From contig NW_005434614.1 in NCBI RefSeq assembly GCF_000315625.1, positions 96,412 to 160,411 of the forward strand: a DNA stretch of 64,000 nt, written 5' to 3'. The first letter of the stretch is position 1, and every line of letters starts with the position of its first letter. Under the pieces are notes generated by a model, which saw nothing but the letters and a program-made list of their open reading frames with translations, did no database searches and was not told the DNA's origin. The DNA comes from Guillardia theta CCMP2712. Taxonomy: Eukaryota; Protista; Cryptophyta. Below are positions 13,166 through 25,893 of this stretch, piece by piece. Made by a program: the position numbers and the translations under genes.

Positions 13166-16100
13166 TCACCAAGAGGTCTGGTGGAGGTAGAAGTGCATTG
13201 ACTGCGCTCGCTTGATCTTGTACAGTCGATGCATCTGCACGTACTGGCGGTAGAGCAAGGCGTCCTGCACCTGGATCTCCCCGATGATCGACACGTCCTC
13301 CTCGCTGCAGTAGGAGACGTAGAGCTTCAAGTCGCGATACCCGTGCTCTACCTCCTCCTCCCTGAACCGATTCTTCACCCTCCTCACCCGCACGCCAAAC
13401 CTTCCCTCCTGCTCCATGAACCAGCGTGCTACCTGGACAATCTGGCTGGTCCCATGGCAGACAACGGAGAGGCGGACGGGGTCGAGGATGTTGGCAGTGA
13501 GCGGCCACCTTGACTTGCGGTTCGGAGGAGCGTACTCGCGGAGCTTCTCTGCCATGCGGGAGCAGGTCTTGGGACGGGCCAGGTGGATTTGAACTTCACC
13601 TGCCCCCTCCTCGAAGTCGCAATTCAGGATCACCCGCGAGCCTCGCAGGGTGGCGGAGGAGGAGATCGAGAAGGGGGAGGAGCAGTGCAAGGAAAGAACG
13701 TCGATGACGGCTCGATGGAAGGAGAGGTTGAGCAGCTGGGCTCGAGCTCGGAGCTGGGTAATGAAGACGCCTTCGTCGAGGCAGTGCAGGTTGCCGCTTC
13801 TTCTCATTCTCTGGAAGAGAAACTGTGCGTTCACCCGCTCCCCATCGTCGATGCGGATGGCTCGGACCTGTAGAAGTGTGAAGAAAGGACGAGGGAGGGA
13901 GGGAGGGAGGGAGGGAGGGAGGGAGGGAGGGAGGGAGGGAAGAGGAAGATCGGAGCGAGGCAGGAAGGGATCAGAGGGAGAGATAGGAGGGAGGGAAGGG
14001 AGGGAGGGAAGAGGAAGGAAGGAGAGGGGGTGAGTGAAGGAGGTGAGGGGCATTCAGGAGGGCTCACGTCATCGTCATCTTGTCTCAACAGCCCCATGTC
14101 TTTCTGAGCATGAGACTCGAAGGAGCAGTATCGGTACCAGGCTCTGTCGCTGGTCGGACAGTCTACAGGTCAGTGGCAGAAGAATAGCTTCATCGTACTT
14201 GCCTATCCCTTGCAACGTCGCTCCGCAGCTCGCCGTCGTCCTCGCTCGCATACGGCTGCTGCCCTCCTATCTCATCATCCTGTTGCTGACCGTGGTGCAT
14301 GTCTTGCAGGCCCAGCAGCACCTGCATACTCTCCTCCTCGTAGAGCTGCTTGCATCGCTCCTCGCAGTCATGCGCCGACTCGTCCATGAGCTCCATGGCG
14401 AGGGATCGCAGGCGATCGAACAGATTGGGATCCTCCCGCCACACGTTGAGAATCGCCACCTTCCTCTTGAAGTACGCATGCCGCTGATACCGCTCGTCCG
14501 TCGCCTTCGCCTCTGCTGCAGATACCACCGTTGACCACTTGCGGGTCGCTGCATGAGGGGACACGCGGCGCAAAAGGCCTTTTTTGCTCCAGCCTGAAGG
14601 GAAGGAGCTGGAGGGAGACGCCTGAAGCAGAGCCCTGCAGATCCCCAGCAGCCAGTGGCAGAACTTCTCGTACTGCTCTCGAGCCTCGTCCCTCCTCTCT
14701 TGCACCTTGCGCGACGTCGTCAGGCCGAGGCAGAAGCTACTGAGGAAGTAGTCGTCCACATCATCCTGGAACAGAGCCAGTCGACCCGCCGCCTCCAGCG
14801 ACTCCTTGGGGATGATGACGACCGACTGCCGGTCGACCCAGGGGAGGAGCCTCTCGTTGGTGAGGTAGAACCCATCCTTCCTCTCGATGCTCAGCCTCTT
14901 CCTCAGATCGCTGACGCTTTGCTCCAGCAGCTTCTCCTCCGGCGCCGCCATCCACACCCGCACTATCCTCCAACATTTGAGGAGGAGCAGGCAGAGGGCC
15001 AGCACCGGGATGACGATGGAGACCAAGAGAACAGACAGACGGATGCAGCCCCCGTTCACCATCACCATCTCCGGAGGGCAGTGGTTGCATTCCTGGAGTT
15101 GAGACCTGCCCTGTCCGTCGGTGAGCAGGGGAGAGGGGCAGGGCAACGGCATCGAGCTCCCTGCGGGGCAGAAGCAGTTCTTGGGGCAAGGGAAGGCGGG
15201 GTTCGTTCCTCCTTCACAGAAGAAGCCAGGGCTACACTGCTCGCACTTGCCCAGGGTCACGTCTGCCGCCTGCCCAGCAGGGCAGATAGCGGGGATCCAG
15301 GCCTTCCAGCGGTCGGGGTTGGCGAGGACCCAGGAGCAAGCGACGTTCCACATCGCCTCGTATACAGAGAGGCCGGAGCCTCTCGTCTTTCCGCTCGCGT
15401 CCATGAGGTCATTCATCTCCTGATCGAAGAAATTCATCCTGGTAGCCAGGAAGCTAACGTGCCTGTCCACAGTCTGCAGCTTCTTCCAGCAGTAGCTCCT
15501 GGGGTTCACGTGGGCCAACCCAGTCTTGTAGATCCTCATGTTGTGCTCCAGCTGGTTGGTGTCGGGCAGCCGCAGCATGACTGGCACCTTGCTCCCGAGG
15601 CCCCGCAGGTTGTCGTCGGGCGTGTACCATCCGAAGAAGTAGTTCCCTCCCCTGACGACCTCATAGTACTTCTGGTCGAACTCCGGGCTGCCGTCCCGCA
15701 TCTTGACGATGGCGATGGAGAAGTTGAGGAAGAAGGCGAGCTGCATGTGCACGTGCACCTCGTACTGGGTCACCATGGGGATGCACCTCGAAACGTTTCC
15801 CAGCAACCTGCATGCCGGCGACAGCCACACCTTGTCATCCACACAGTCCACCTGCGTGTTGCCAGTCTGAGTGATATAGTTGGCGGTGTCTCGGAAGTTG
15901 TTGTACGTCCCCGTGTCCTGGTCGCTGCACCGCTCGATGTAGTCGACGGGAACCTTGTCCAGCAGCTGCTCAAGACTGTCGAAGTACCCCGAGGGATCAT
16001 AGTACTTGGCGTTGTAGTAGCGGTAATAGTCCAGGGCAAGGTCCTTGGCCGCTCCCTGGTCTACAGTGCTCTTCCACACGAAGATCTGGTTGACGGTCTC

Positions 16101-16583
16101 GTAGTTGAGCACAGACACGAGGGTCGGCTGGACTTGAGCAGGGAGGTCGTACACCCTCCTCATCCCTAGACTCCAAGTCTCAATGGTGCAGTGGATCAAA
16201 GGGTTGTCGATGTCCCCGCCCTTGCATGCTGCATCGTCAGGGTCGCGGCATCCGGACGCGTAGTTGATGGGCTGACCCGAGTTGATGCCTGCTCCATCCC
16301 ACAGGTCCACCGCATACCCCATCACCTCTGCCAGCATGATATAAGCGATCTCTGACAAGATGCGTGCGGAAGCCCACGAAGCATAGGGGAGGCTGATGTT
16401 GACGAGCCTGCCATCAGGGTAGTGGAGGAACCTCATGGATGAGTTGTAAGACCCGAACGATGAAAGCTGTGGCGAATCGCGTGCGAGGCAGCGTTTGGGG
16501 TGTGGGACCTTGGTGAACATGTTGGCACACCATACCGATGTGACGCAACATATCGCAAGGAGGATGCACCCAAGAGACCTCAT
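13166..16583 (-). CDS. Type I membrane receptor-like protein: signal peptide, ProX/OpuAC-like solute-binding domain, Cys-rich GCC2/GCC3-type repeats, one TM helix, cytosolic RelA/SpoT-like synthetase domain
   Basis: The 797-aa first ORF carries MRSLGCILLAICCVTSVWC, WASARILSEIAYIMLAEVMGYAV, FGWYTPD, ACSWVLANPDRWKAW, CPAG..CEQCSPGFFC and TM LSVLLVSIVIPVLALCLLLL. It joins, via two inferred introns and a short exon (DCPTSDRAWYRYCSF), to a last exon with RPKTCSR..EK, ILDPVR, RVKNRF, HGYRDL, EIQV and HRLYK. Confidence 0.8.
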
Positions 16584-16980
16584 GATGCAAGTTTCTCCTT
16601 CTCACATGTAGAAGACAAGTCCTCACCCGTTCTGTGCGCTCCCGAGCTCCTCGTTCCCCTCCAAAAGCTTATTCCCCAAGTTTCCACCAGCCTAGCACAT
16701 CCAATCGGACCGTGGCATGACTCCCGACGTGGCAACATCAGAGTCTTCTCGGGCATTGGAGCATCCGTCGGTCGGCAACAGTAGGAACTTCTTCTGCATC
16801 AATCTGTCACTCCACCTCCTCCTGCTCGAGTCTGCTCCTCCCCTGCCATATCCAGCTTCCTTCCATCCCCAAGCAAGCAGTTTTCGTCCTTGATATTTTC
16901 CGCACTGACCACTACCCCTCCCTACCCCTCCACTACCCCTCCCTTCGCCTAAAGTTTCGACCGGCAGAGTAAAGAAGCTC

Positions 16981-17055
16981 AACTTTGAGTAAAGAAGTTG
17001 CGACTCTATCTTTTACTCAAAGTTTTAAGTTAAAAATCAGTACGAGGACAATCAC
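16981..17055 (+). repeat. Copy 3 of dispersed intergenic motif, with an upstream inverted arm
   Basis: AACTTTGAGTAAA (16981) pairs with TTTACTCAAAGTT (17012), which continues TTAAGTTAAAAATCAGTACGAGGACAATCAC. Confidence 0.85.
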
Positions 17056-17798
17056 TGAAAAGAAACCCTAGCAACCAGCTAGCAACAGGCTCGGCGCTAT
17101 CTGACTGGCCGGGCTGGCACTGATGCCATCCGCGTCACGTTTACCCCCCCGGGCCCCGGCGGTCACGCCCGGCCGGCCGGACCGGCCAGGCGGCGGCCGC
17201 GCCGCGCCGCCGCCGCGCGGCACCCGCCGGGCTGCCCGGGTCACCCTGACCGGTCACGGTGCCAGTGATCATCGGACAGTGTACGGTCCGCCGCCGCCGC
17301 CGGGGCCCGGGCGCAAGGCTCCGGGCCCGGGCCGGCCGCTGCCGGCCAGTCGGACTCCCGTCCGATCTTCGAGTGACTGCCACCGGGCCTCAGCCGCGCC
17401 GAGTCAAGTTCCAAATCAAAATTACTCAAAGTTAATTCCATAACTTTAACCGGCGCAATGCCGGGGCAACCGCCGGCGCCGGCAAAGTGTTTTGAATAAT
17501 TCTACCTAGTCTCTTAATTATGGTCAGTGTGAGGGGTCATGTATAGATAATCCTTGGGTATTGAAGGGGTGGTGGGTACCCTATCAATTTTAATCGTTCC
17601 ATTAGATGAATTTATCCGGCAAAATCACCCCTTAATATTCCTGGCTATTCTCCGAAAAGATTGGGGTGGGTACATGTTCAATCAGGGGCGCCGGCCTTTT
17701 TGAGAAACACTACTATAATCAGCAATATTACTGGGGGGGACCCCACCCTCCTCCGGGATACCCTGACAAGCCGCCAGCCGCATCGCATCCTTCCTGGC

Positions 17799-19948
17799 AT
17801 GTCATCGTCGAGCCATGTTTGCTTGTTTGGAACAGAATGCAAGATACCTCCGGCAGAATTAGGAGATAGTACTCTCATCCAGTGCACGGCTTGCTCGAAA
17901 TACTTTCATCACCTTTGCGCTAACCAAATCAATGGTTATGAAGATTGGAGTTGGTGTGGATGCGAACTGCCACTCGCGTCTGGAAGAGAGAAGGAGCTTG
18001 AAGAAAGACACAATGCAGATGCTGGTGCTGTTCCAGCAGTTCCTATCGGAGAGAGTCCAGCACTCTCCGATGCTGGGAGTGATAGATCTGATTCTGCAAG
18101 TTTGAACGATGCCCCTGCAAGCAGTCAAAATTGGAGGAAGGTAACTGCGGATGTAAAGAACAGGATTTTATCCCAAGGTTCCAAGACCAGGTTGGTGATA
18201 ACGACAAGCTATTTCCTGGTATTTTGAAATGGTTCATTCAATGGGGATCAGTCTCACATATGCACAGGTACGAATCAGTATCATAGATTTCTGATGTCTT
18301 TCCACCGAACTATGTCGGTACCAGCACAAGGCGACGGTGAAGAGTCGGAGGCAGCCAGGAGCTCAACGGATTTGTTATCGTGCCGGAGGAGAGTGTGTAT
18401 AGAAATGGAAAGGCTGGGGATCAAAGCTGATGAGATAGGAACACATTCTGTAAGGAAGGTGAATAAGCCAAGTTTGTGGTGAATAGTGACTCGAGCTTAC
18501 TTCCGGTATAGGGCGCTGCCACCTTCTGTGCAAGTGGAAGTACCCTGCTCACCTGTAGTGGCACTTACAAGAAGAGCTGGGTGGGCAAATGGAGGGGTTT
18601 ATGATCGATACTTCAAGTTCGAGGCAGCAGGTAGAATTTTGCTAAGTTAGTGACATTTGAAATGAGTTATATGCTCGCAGGGGATGCTTTTGTTGGAAGG
18701 ACAGCGGCAGGATTGCGCATCGATTCTGAAGAATTTGCTATCCTTCCACCTCACTTTGGTCCTCAGCAAGACAGTTATGTCAGCGACGCAGTTCAATCGT
18801 GCTTCCCACACATCAGGCAGGAATTTCGAGGTGTAGCAGAACATGCTCTCGCGAGCTTGGTTTATCATTGGGACTATTTGAAGACTCGATTAGACGAGCA
18901 TCACCTGATGTGGAGCTGTGCATTGGTTCGAACAGAAGGGATGCTGGATGAATTGAAGCGTCGAGTGAAGTGTGGGTTGCCTGGTGACCCGGGCATCGAA
19001 ATGAGAAGTACTGGTTGCCCCCCTCATGTCATGCAGAACTTGCATTACAAGATGATTGCACAGGAGGTCAGACGACTCAAGGAGGAAATAAGCAAAATGA
19101 AGAAACGCCTCAGGAAGATTGACGGAAATGTTCGTGCTACCAAACGTCGCCGTCAAACTCACAGCGATATAGAAGAGGAAAGTGAGTTGCAAGGAATTGA
19201 CAGTGGCGACAGTGACAGTGGCAGTGACAGTGGCAGTGGCAGTGGCAGTGGCAGTGGCAGTGGCAGTGGCAGTGAGCGAGCTGCCGCGATGATGGGAGAC
19301 GATGTTCGCCATCGCCAGATAATGAAGGCCTTCGATAGGATGGATAAAAAGATCGACAACATGATGGGGCGGGGTATGACAAATAATTTTACAAGATCTC
19401 CTGAGCATCAACAGGCAAATGAAGATACGATGACGGGGCAGGATGGCTCCGCAAGTGAGGATGAACATTCTGCACATGACATGGGAATTTCAACTTGGAA
19501 AGATGCAAACGTGTCACCGGGTTTCAACGTCACCAAACATTTTGGAACGTGGGAGAACGCATGGATTGCATGGCATTTTGGTGACACTGTGAAGAAACAT
19601 CCTGCTTTGAAGGAATTGAGCAGAGCGCATATGGAAACCAAAGAAGAAGGAAGGAGATTTAGCGACTTGACCGTTCTTGTCGAAATTTTTGAAAGGTTCG
19701 TGAGGAGGGAAATCATGGAATCAGAGAACAGTGATGCAGAACTTGAACGGTGGAGAAGTTTTGTAGCAAGGCCAACACTGGCTGAAGCTCAACATTGGTT
19801 CAAAACATATGACAAAGGCTTTTTCAAATTGGTGAGTTCTAAGTCGAAGGCACGTACGAGGAGACAAGGACAATTGAAATGGACAACTTATGTTAGAAAA
19901 ATGCGACAATGGAAGAAAAGTGATCTCAATGCATTTTTAAATCGTTGA
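17799..19948 (+). mobile_element. Degenerate Crypton-type tyrosine-recombinase element with PHD-like finger, YR C-terminal motifs and GCR1_C-like domain; internally deleted and frameshifted
   Basis: IGTHSVRK|GAATFCASGST..RRAGW..GVYDRYFKFEAA|GDAFVGRTAAGL..FAILPPHF, with introns at 18459-18511 and 18631-18680. N-terminal C..C..CTACSKYFHHLC..WCGC; C-terminal WENAWIAWHFGD..PALKEL. Composition is AT-richer than host genes. Element ends are not defined. Confidence 0.82.
19202..19273 (+). repeat. (CAGTGG/CAGTGA)n hexamer repeat encoding a poly-(GS/DS) linker in the Crypton ORF
   Basis: Direct observation. Confidence 0.9.
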
Positions 19949-21332
19949 TCATCCATGTAATAAAGAAAAAGATTCATAGCACTGCAATATAATCTTGTTG
20001 AAAGAAGATGAGAGTTGAAGGATGCAGCAAGACTCTCAAACGAAATTGTTCTAAGTGTTTTTCACTCTGAGGCGGACTTGTGAGGTTGAAAGGTCATCGA
20101 ACCCCCCTTCGCCCCCGGGGGTGGTCCAATTATGTGGTGAACAATAAAAATGACAGAAAACCTTCAGAGTTTAAAGAAAGTATATAGTGTGCCGGCCAAA
20201 GTCTTGGAAAGCTAAGTTTTAAAGTAATGGGTGTGGTCACCCAACTTCCGCGTTCACAACAATACCGAACGAACAATGCTTGCAAGAGATCTTCATTCTC
20301 TCTTCCAAATTTTAAACATTTGCTGAAAATCTTGAAATTTCAATACAATCATTTACAAATAAAAAAAAGTTGAGTTGAATTAACCGGTGCTGTTGAGATG
20401 TAGGTGCTGGGATATGATGGGGTGGGTGATGAATCGTTCCTCCTAACGAAAAGTAAAAAAAACGCTGCACGCGCGGACAGTGTGAGGGAGCATGCGGAGG
20501 GAAGCAGGACAGAGGGGTGGGAACATGGCGTCAGGGAACATGGCGGGAGGGAACATGGTGGGAGGGAACATGGCGGGAGGGAACGAGGGAAGGTGAAGGA
20601 GAGATGGTGAAGGAGAGTAGACTAGGAGAGGGAGATGAGCAGAAGCTAGCAGGGAGTTGTAAAGCCTGTGAGGACGACGAGATCGAGCTATGCGAGCCTG
20701 TCGGGAAATCTATAAACCGAGAGAACAGCGTCGTTCAGTGTGTGAGTGTGCAGAGGCAGCTTGTCAGGAAATGATTAGCACGATCAGAAGATGGGATTGG
20801 AAGGAATGTCAGACTGCTAGGGTTACCCTTTGGAAGGGATGGTAGGGAGTAGGGAAGAGAAAGAGATACGATTTGGATAGTGAAGGGCAGAGCGCTTTTG
20901 CAGCGATCATGGAAAGATATAAATGAGAGGGAGCATGATGAGTTGTCAGGAATGCGATTTTGTCCAGAGGAGAACATCGCAGCACTCTGTTCAAGGGGGG
21001 GGGGTTCAAGTAGAGATGACACTTTGGAAGCGTCGATACTTGACGCGTCCGGCAAGTAGCAGTAGAGCACTTAGAGAGCAATGCATCGATGCCTGTTGTG
21101 TTGAAGTGGGAAGGTTCTGTTGTCGATGTCTTGGTAGGAGCTGCACTGTCAACAACTGGAGTGCGGGAGCAGCAGGAATGGAGTTATCCTGCGGCGAAGA
21201 GAATCAGTCGTTGCAGTGAAGAATGAGTCAGTTCTCTCACCTGATGTCCCTGGGCTGAACCAGCTCACTCACACTATAGCACGTTTGATCGTTGGTGACG
21301 GGGATGCTGATGTTTGTTTGTGGTGCAGAAGT

Positions 21333-21796
21333 ATGTCCAAGAAGGTTGCAACAGCGGGAAACAAGTTCCGTACTTCTCTCGGTCTCCCGGTGTGTAGTCG
21401 CGATGCTGCATGCGGAGTGTGTGACGAGCATGGCAGACCTCCGCGGTCATGAACTGCGCTGACAACACCGGAGCGAAGAACTTGTACATCATCGCCGTCA
21501 AGGGAGTGAAGGGACGCCTGAACAAGCTCCCTGCCGCCACCGTTGGATCTATGTGCATGTGCTCGGTCAAGAAGGGAAAGCCCGAGTTGAGGAAGAAGGT
21601 GATGCCCGGGATTGTTGTCAGGCAAAGGAAGACGATCCGCCGTAGGGACGGCATGGTCCTCTACTTCGAGGACAACGCTGGGGTGATTGTGAACCCCAAG
21701 GGCGAGATGAAGGGATCAGCCGTCACTGGCCCTGTCGCTAAGGAATGCGCTGACTTGTGGCCTCGTATCGCCTCCGCCGCCGGCACCATCGTTTGA
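21333..21796 (+). CDS. RPL23: 60S ribosomal protein L23 (uL14), one short intron
   Basis: [19 protein letters not shown], intron, then ..[78 protein letters not shown]. Confidence 0.98.
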
Positions 21797-21999
21797 GTTG
21801 TTTATTCGTCACGCACTTAGATAAATTGAAAAGACAGAAACGCTCCGTCCTCGGCTTCATCCCTGTTCTCTCTCTCTCTCTTTCTCTCTCTCTCTTCCTC
21901 TCCCTCTCCCTCTCCCTCTCGTTGTACTTCATCCTCCTGTTCTGCCGGAGGATGAAACCTTAAGAAGGATCTCTTCACGAAACATGCAGCGCTTGCTCG

Positions 22000-24900
22000 C
22001 CGTGAACGGCACCTGTGACAACATGAGCGGCAAGGGTGCATGGCATGCGATTGCTCACGGATGAGAGCGAGAGCTTCTCTTTCTTCCTGCTCCCATGCTT
22101 CCTGTGCTGCATGTGAGAAGAACAGGCGACACGACAAGCTGCCAGACCCTCCGCTGGATCTCCTGCAGGGAAGGAGCGACCACGTCGACACGGTTGAACC
22201 ACGCGGCCCCAGAGGTCTAAGGACGTCACAAACAGCGAGCACAGCGAGTAAAGTCACCTGCTTCCTCCTGCTCTGCCTGGGGTTCCGCGCCTTCTCTTCC
22301 TCCGCCTGGATGCTGGCGAAGCTGATGACTTCGGGGCCGGCTTGAGGAGGAGAAGGCGAGTGAGAGGCATAACTCCAGGACTTGGCCGAGTCCTTGGAGG
22401 AGGAGCCGGACGACACGTCCTACAGGAGGTCAGCCAAGTCACCCGAAGCACGTCGTGTCACCTTCTTCTTCCCTTTGGGTGTCTTGGCCACGGCGAAGTC
22501 AGCGAGGGAGAAGCCGCTGGCAGAAGAAGACTTGGCCCACGACTTGGAAGCAGACAAGGACTGGGAAGGGGAGGCAGACGGGAGCGACGATGCTCCTCGC
22601 CCCTCTCCCTGCGGGCTCCATCCACATCCTGCTGGACTCTTGCTGGAGTCAGCTGGGCCCCAGAAGAGCTCATCGTCAGCCTCGTCCGTCTTCTTCCTCT
22701 CATCTCGGATCGGCTTCGCTGCGGAGATGCTGGGGAACGCTTCCTCCATCCCGCACACCTGCTCACGGGCCTGCTCTGGCTTCGGGGGAGTCACCTTAGC
22801 CCATCCCCCTCCTCCTGACTTGCCGCTAGCCCGCGACCTGCTGCTGTCCTGCCGCTTCTCTTGCTCAGAAAGATCCCTGAGGGCCTGCTTGCTGTCTGAC
22901 TTGCTCTTCTCCTTCTCAAACAAATCCCGCAGCGACTGCGGTTCGAAACCCTCCGTCACCTTCCAAGCCTTCTTGCTTTCTCCTCCCTTGTCTTGGCTGG
23001 CGCTGACAATGGGGACTGGGACTGCAGCTTCCTTGGTCTGCTTCTTGCTCTGCTTGCTCTTCTTGCCGCTCCCCTTCTCACTCCTCAAGGCTCCGAAGAA
23101 GTCCAGATCATCTCTCTTGGTATACCCGTAGGCTTCGACTGTCTCCCCTTCTGTCGACTTCACTACAGTCTCCTCCTTCTCCTCTCCCTCCTCCTTCTCC
23201 ACTTGTTGCCCAGGCTCCATCCCCATTGACCCGTAAGAGTCGTCGACCTGATCGGCCCCGGCGAGCTGGTCCTCGAGCACCAGCTTGTCCATCTCGTCGT
23301 CGCCTTCCTTCAAAAGGGAGTGGGGGCTCTTGGAGGGCGTCAAGTTGCTCTGCATCTGCTCGAACATCATGTCTGGATCCTCTCCCATCGACCTCAGCCT
23401 GCTCAAGATCTCCTCTTTGGTGGACAACTTCGCGCTCTGGTCTTCGTTGAGCACCTTCCCAGCTGACTGGGCGACCTCCAGCTGCCAGATCTGCTGAAGC
23501 TTCTTCCTCAGCTTGCGCACAGACTGGCTGTGAGAACGCGAGGGATCCTGTTCGTTAGCCGCGTCATCGAGCTCCAGGTGGAACTGCTCGTCATCCAAAA
23601 GTTCCTCGTACGGGTCGTCGCCTTGAGCGTAGAGGCTCTCCTCCTCCTCCTCCCCCTCGGCGACCTCCTTGCCCTCCCCGTCGCTGTCCTGGCAGTCACG
23701 AGGGACGCGAGGTGGAGCCTTAGAGTCGCTGCTCATCCTCCTCTGCAGGTCGGCCAGGGTTCTCTCCGAGAGCTCTCGCCACACTCCTGTTGCCAGCACA
23801 GTGTCGAGGTTGCGGAAGAGAAACTCAATAGTGTACTTGCGCAGAGCAGGCACAGGAAACGACTCAGTGAAGGATGCACAGGAAGCAACGTTGCGCAGGT
23901 CCACCATGGACTCAGCTGCCCTCTCGCAGAGGTACTGAAGCGATGGGACGCCGCCCTCGCTTGAGGAGCGAGTTGGAGGTACCGTGGAGGGCAGGGAAGT
24001 CCCGAGGACGGCAAGGGCATGGTGAGCACCAGCGGCGACATCCGTCGCCCTCCTGATGCCGTCGACAGACTTGACGAGATAGCGGTTGGTAAGGGCGTCG
24101 CTCTCATCGAGAACGACTCCCTTCCTGCACGAGCGCTTCCATGAGTCAGTAGGAGAGCCGGTGCCAGAGTCCGGGGAGCCGGAAGGAGAGCAGGATTCCT
24201 CCAGCGAGGAGCGAGCCAACGTGGGGGAAGCGAAGAACCCTCCAGACTTGGGCGAGGAGCTGTAGGCAAGGGTCATGGATCCGTCGGGGGTAGAAGGGCA
24301 AGCGATGCGAGCGGAGCCAGGGCTGCTGCTGTCCAGCAAACCAGGAGATGTCGACAGGATGTTCACTCCTCCTGCGATACCACCACCACAACCTCCTGAA
24401 CCTCCTCCTCCTCCTCCTCCTCCTCCTCCTCCTCCTCCCGCAGAAGATCCAGACGAGCCTGCGGCATCATTCGGGAAGATCTCAAGGACCTGTCCAGTGA
24501 CGCTGACGGCGAGAACTCTCCCTCTCTTCGGAGGCGCCGAGATGCGCTTGAAGGTCATCTTCCTGGTGCACTTGGGGACGAGGGCCCTGGAACCGAAGGC
24601 AACGCCTCCTCCTGCGCATGGCTGATGCTCCACCACCAGCAGCACGCCGTTGGCAAGCGCCCAGAGGCGATCAGCCTGTGCCTGGAGGAAGGAGATGCTC
24701 GTTCCCCATTGCAGGTGCGCAAGGTACTTGGGGATGACGACCCGTGCGAGGCCTGCGCGACCCTCACCCATGATGAACAGAGAACCGACGCCGCTGCCCT
24801 CAGCCTTGCAAGCGACGGCGGTGTAGGCCTCGGTGGCAGAGCAGGCGCAGACCTCTTTGTCGGCGAGACTCTCCACCTTCTTGGGCAGCCACACGGCGAC

Positions 24901-25893
24901 ATCGAGGAGTGTATGTCCGAGCTGACCCTGCAAGTTCGACCCGCAAGTCCACAGGCTCCCGTTGTCCTGCACGAGGACGGTATGATTCGCTGCTGCTGCT
25001 GCTGCTACGATGCACTGTTTGCGCAGCTCAGTCAACCTCTTTGGAGCAAGGGATACTTCCTCCTCGCTGACTCCAGCAGCCTGCTGACCGATACCCAGCT
25101 GCCCGAACTTGTTGGAGCCCCACGCGAAGACAGCGCCTCTGTCTGCGATGGCAATGGTGTGGTTGTCTGAGACCGCCACCATTGAGACTCTCACTTTCTC
25201 CAGGGACGTGATGCGTTGGAACAGAGCGAGAGACTTCTCCTCCCCATGTCCCAGTCGTCCTCCCGTGCCGAAGCCAGTGGTCCATACCTCGCCATGGCAG
25301 CCCACCACCACAGAGTGCAACTTGGACGTGCTGACGGATCGGATGCCCATTGGAAGTTCTTCTACCTTGGACGCCTTTTTCTTCGAGAGGCAGGCTGCAG
25401 TTTGACCCAGCTGGTAGTTGTTTCCTGCTCCCCACGCGAAGCACTGACCCATGTTGCAGTCGCTGGAGCTGCTGATGTACTCCATGAGCATCCGGTGAGA
25501 CAGCAAATCCAACGGCGTCATCCCGTTCTTGTCCCGCACCTCGATGCTAGCCCCGCATCTGAGCAGCTCGCAAGCCACTCGGATGTCCTGGCAAGGAGGC
25601 TGCAAGGAGTAGTGCAGTGCTGTTTTGGACTCCCAATCCTTCCCGTCCACGTTGGCACCAGCTTCGAGCAGGAGGGAAACCATATCGATCCTCTTGTGTT
25701 TCACTGCTGAGTGGAGCACCGTGATGCCTTCTACCTGAGAGTTGAGCAGCAGAGACAGTCGTTTCTCTGCATTCGAGTTCTTTCCGTCGGAGCTTGCCTT
25801 CCCGCTCTTCTGCTGCTGGAGGAAGGAAGAAAGGGAGGAACAGCTGCCCGCCTTGGTCAGTTTGAAGAGTTGAGCTTGTGCAGCAGACGCCAT
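22000..25893 (-). CDS. IBTK-like ankyrin + RCC1 + BACK-like protein; 3' end approximate
   Basis: The 1157-aa ORF has ankyrin repeats (TVLHSAV..DWESKTALH), RCC1 repeats (GFGTGGRLGHG, AWGSNKFGQLG) and VPSLQYLCERAA..FRNLDTVL. Downstream exons add SFASIQAEEE and SLQEIQ motifs typical of this family. Confidence 0.85.

Noticed and set aside
14655-16169. 504-aa plus-strand ORF
   Set aside because: Antisense shadow of the GC3-rich receptor exon; no motifs of its own.
20770-21330. Possible C/D snoRNAs upstream of RPL23
   Set aside because: Box C/D-like words occur, but I could not support a terminal stem or rRNA complementarity.
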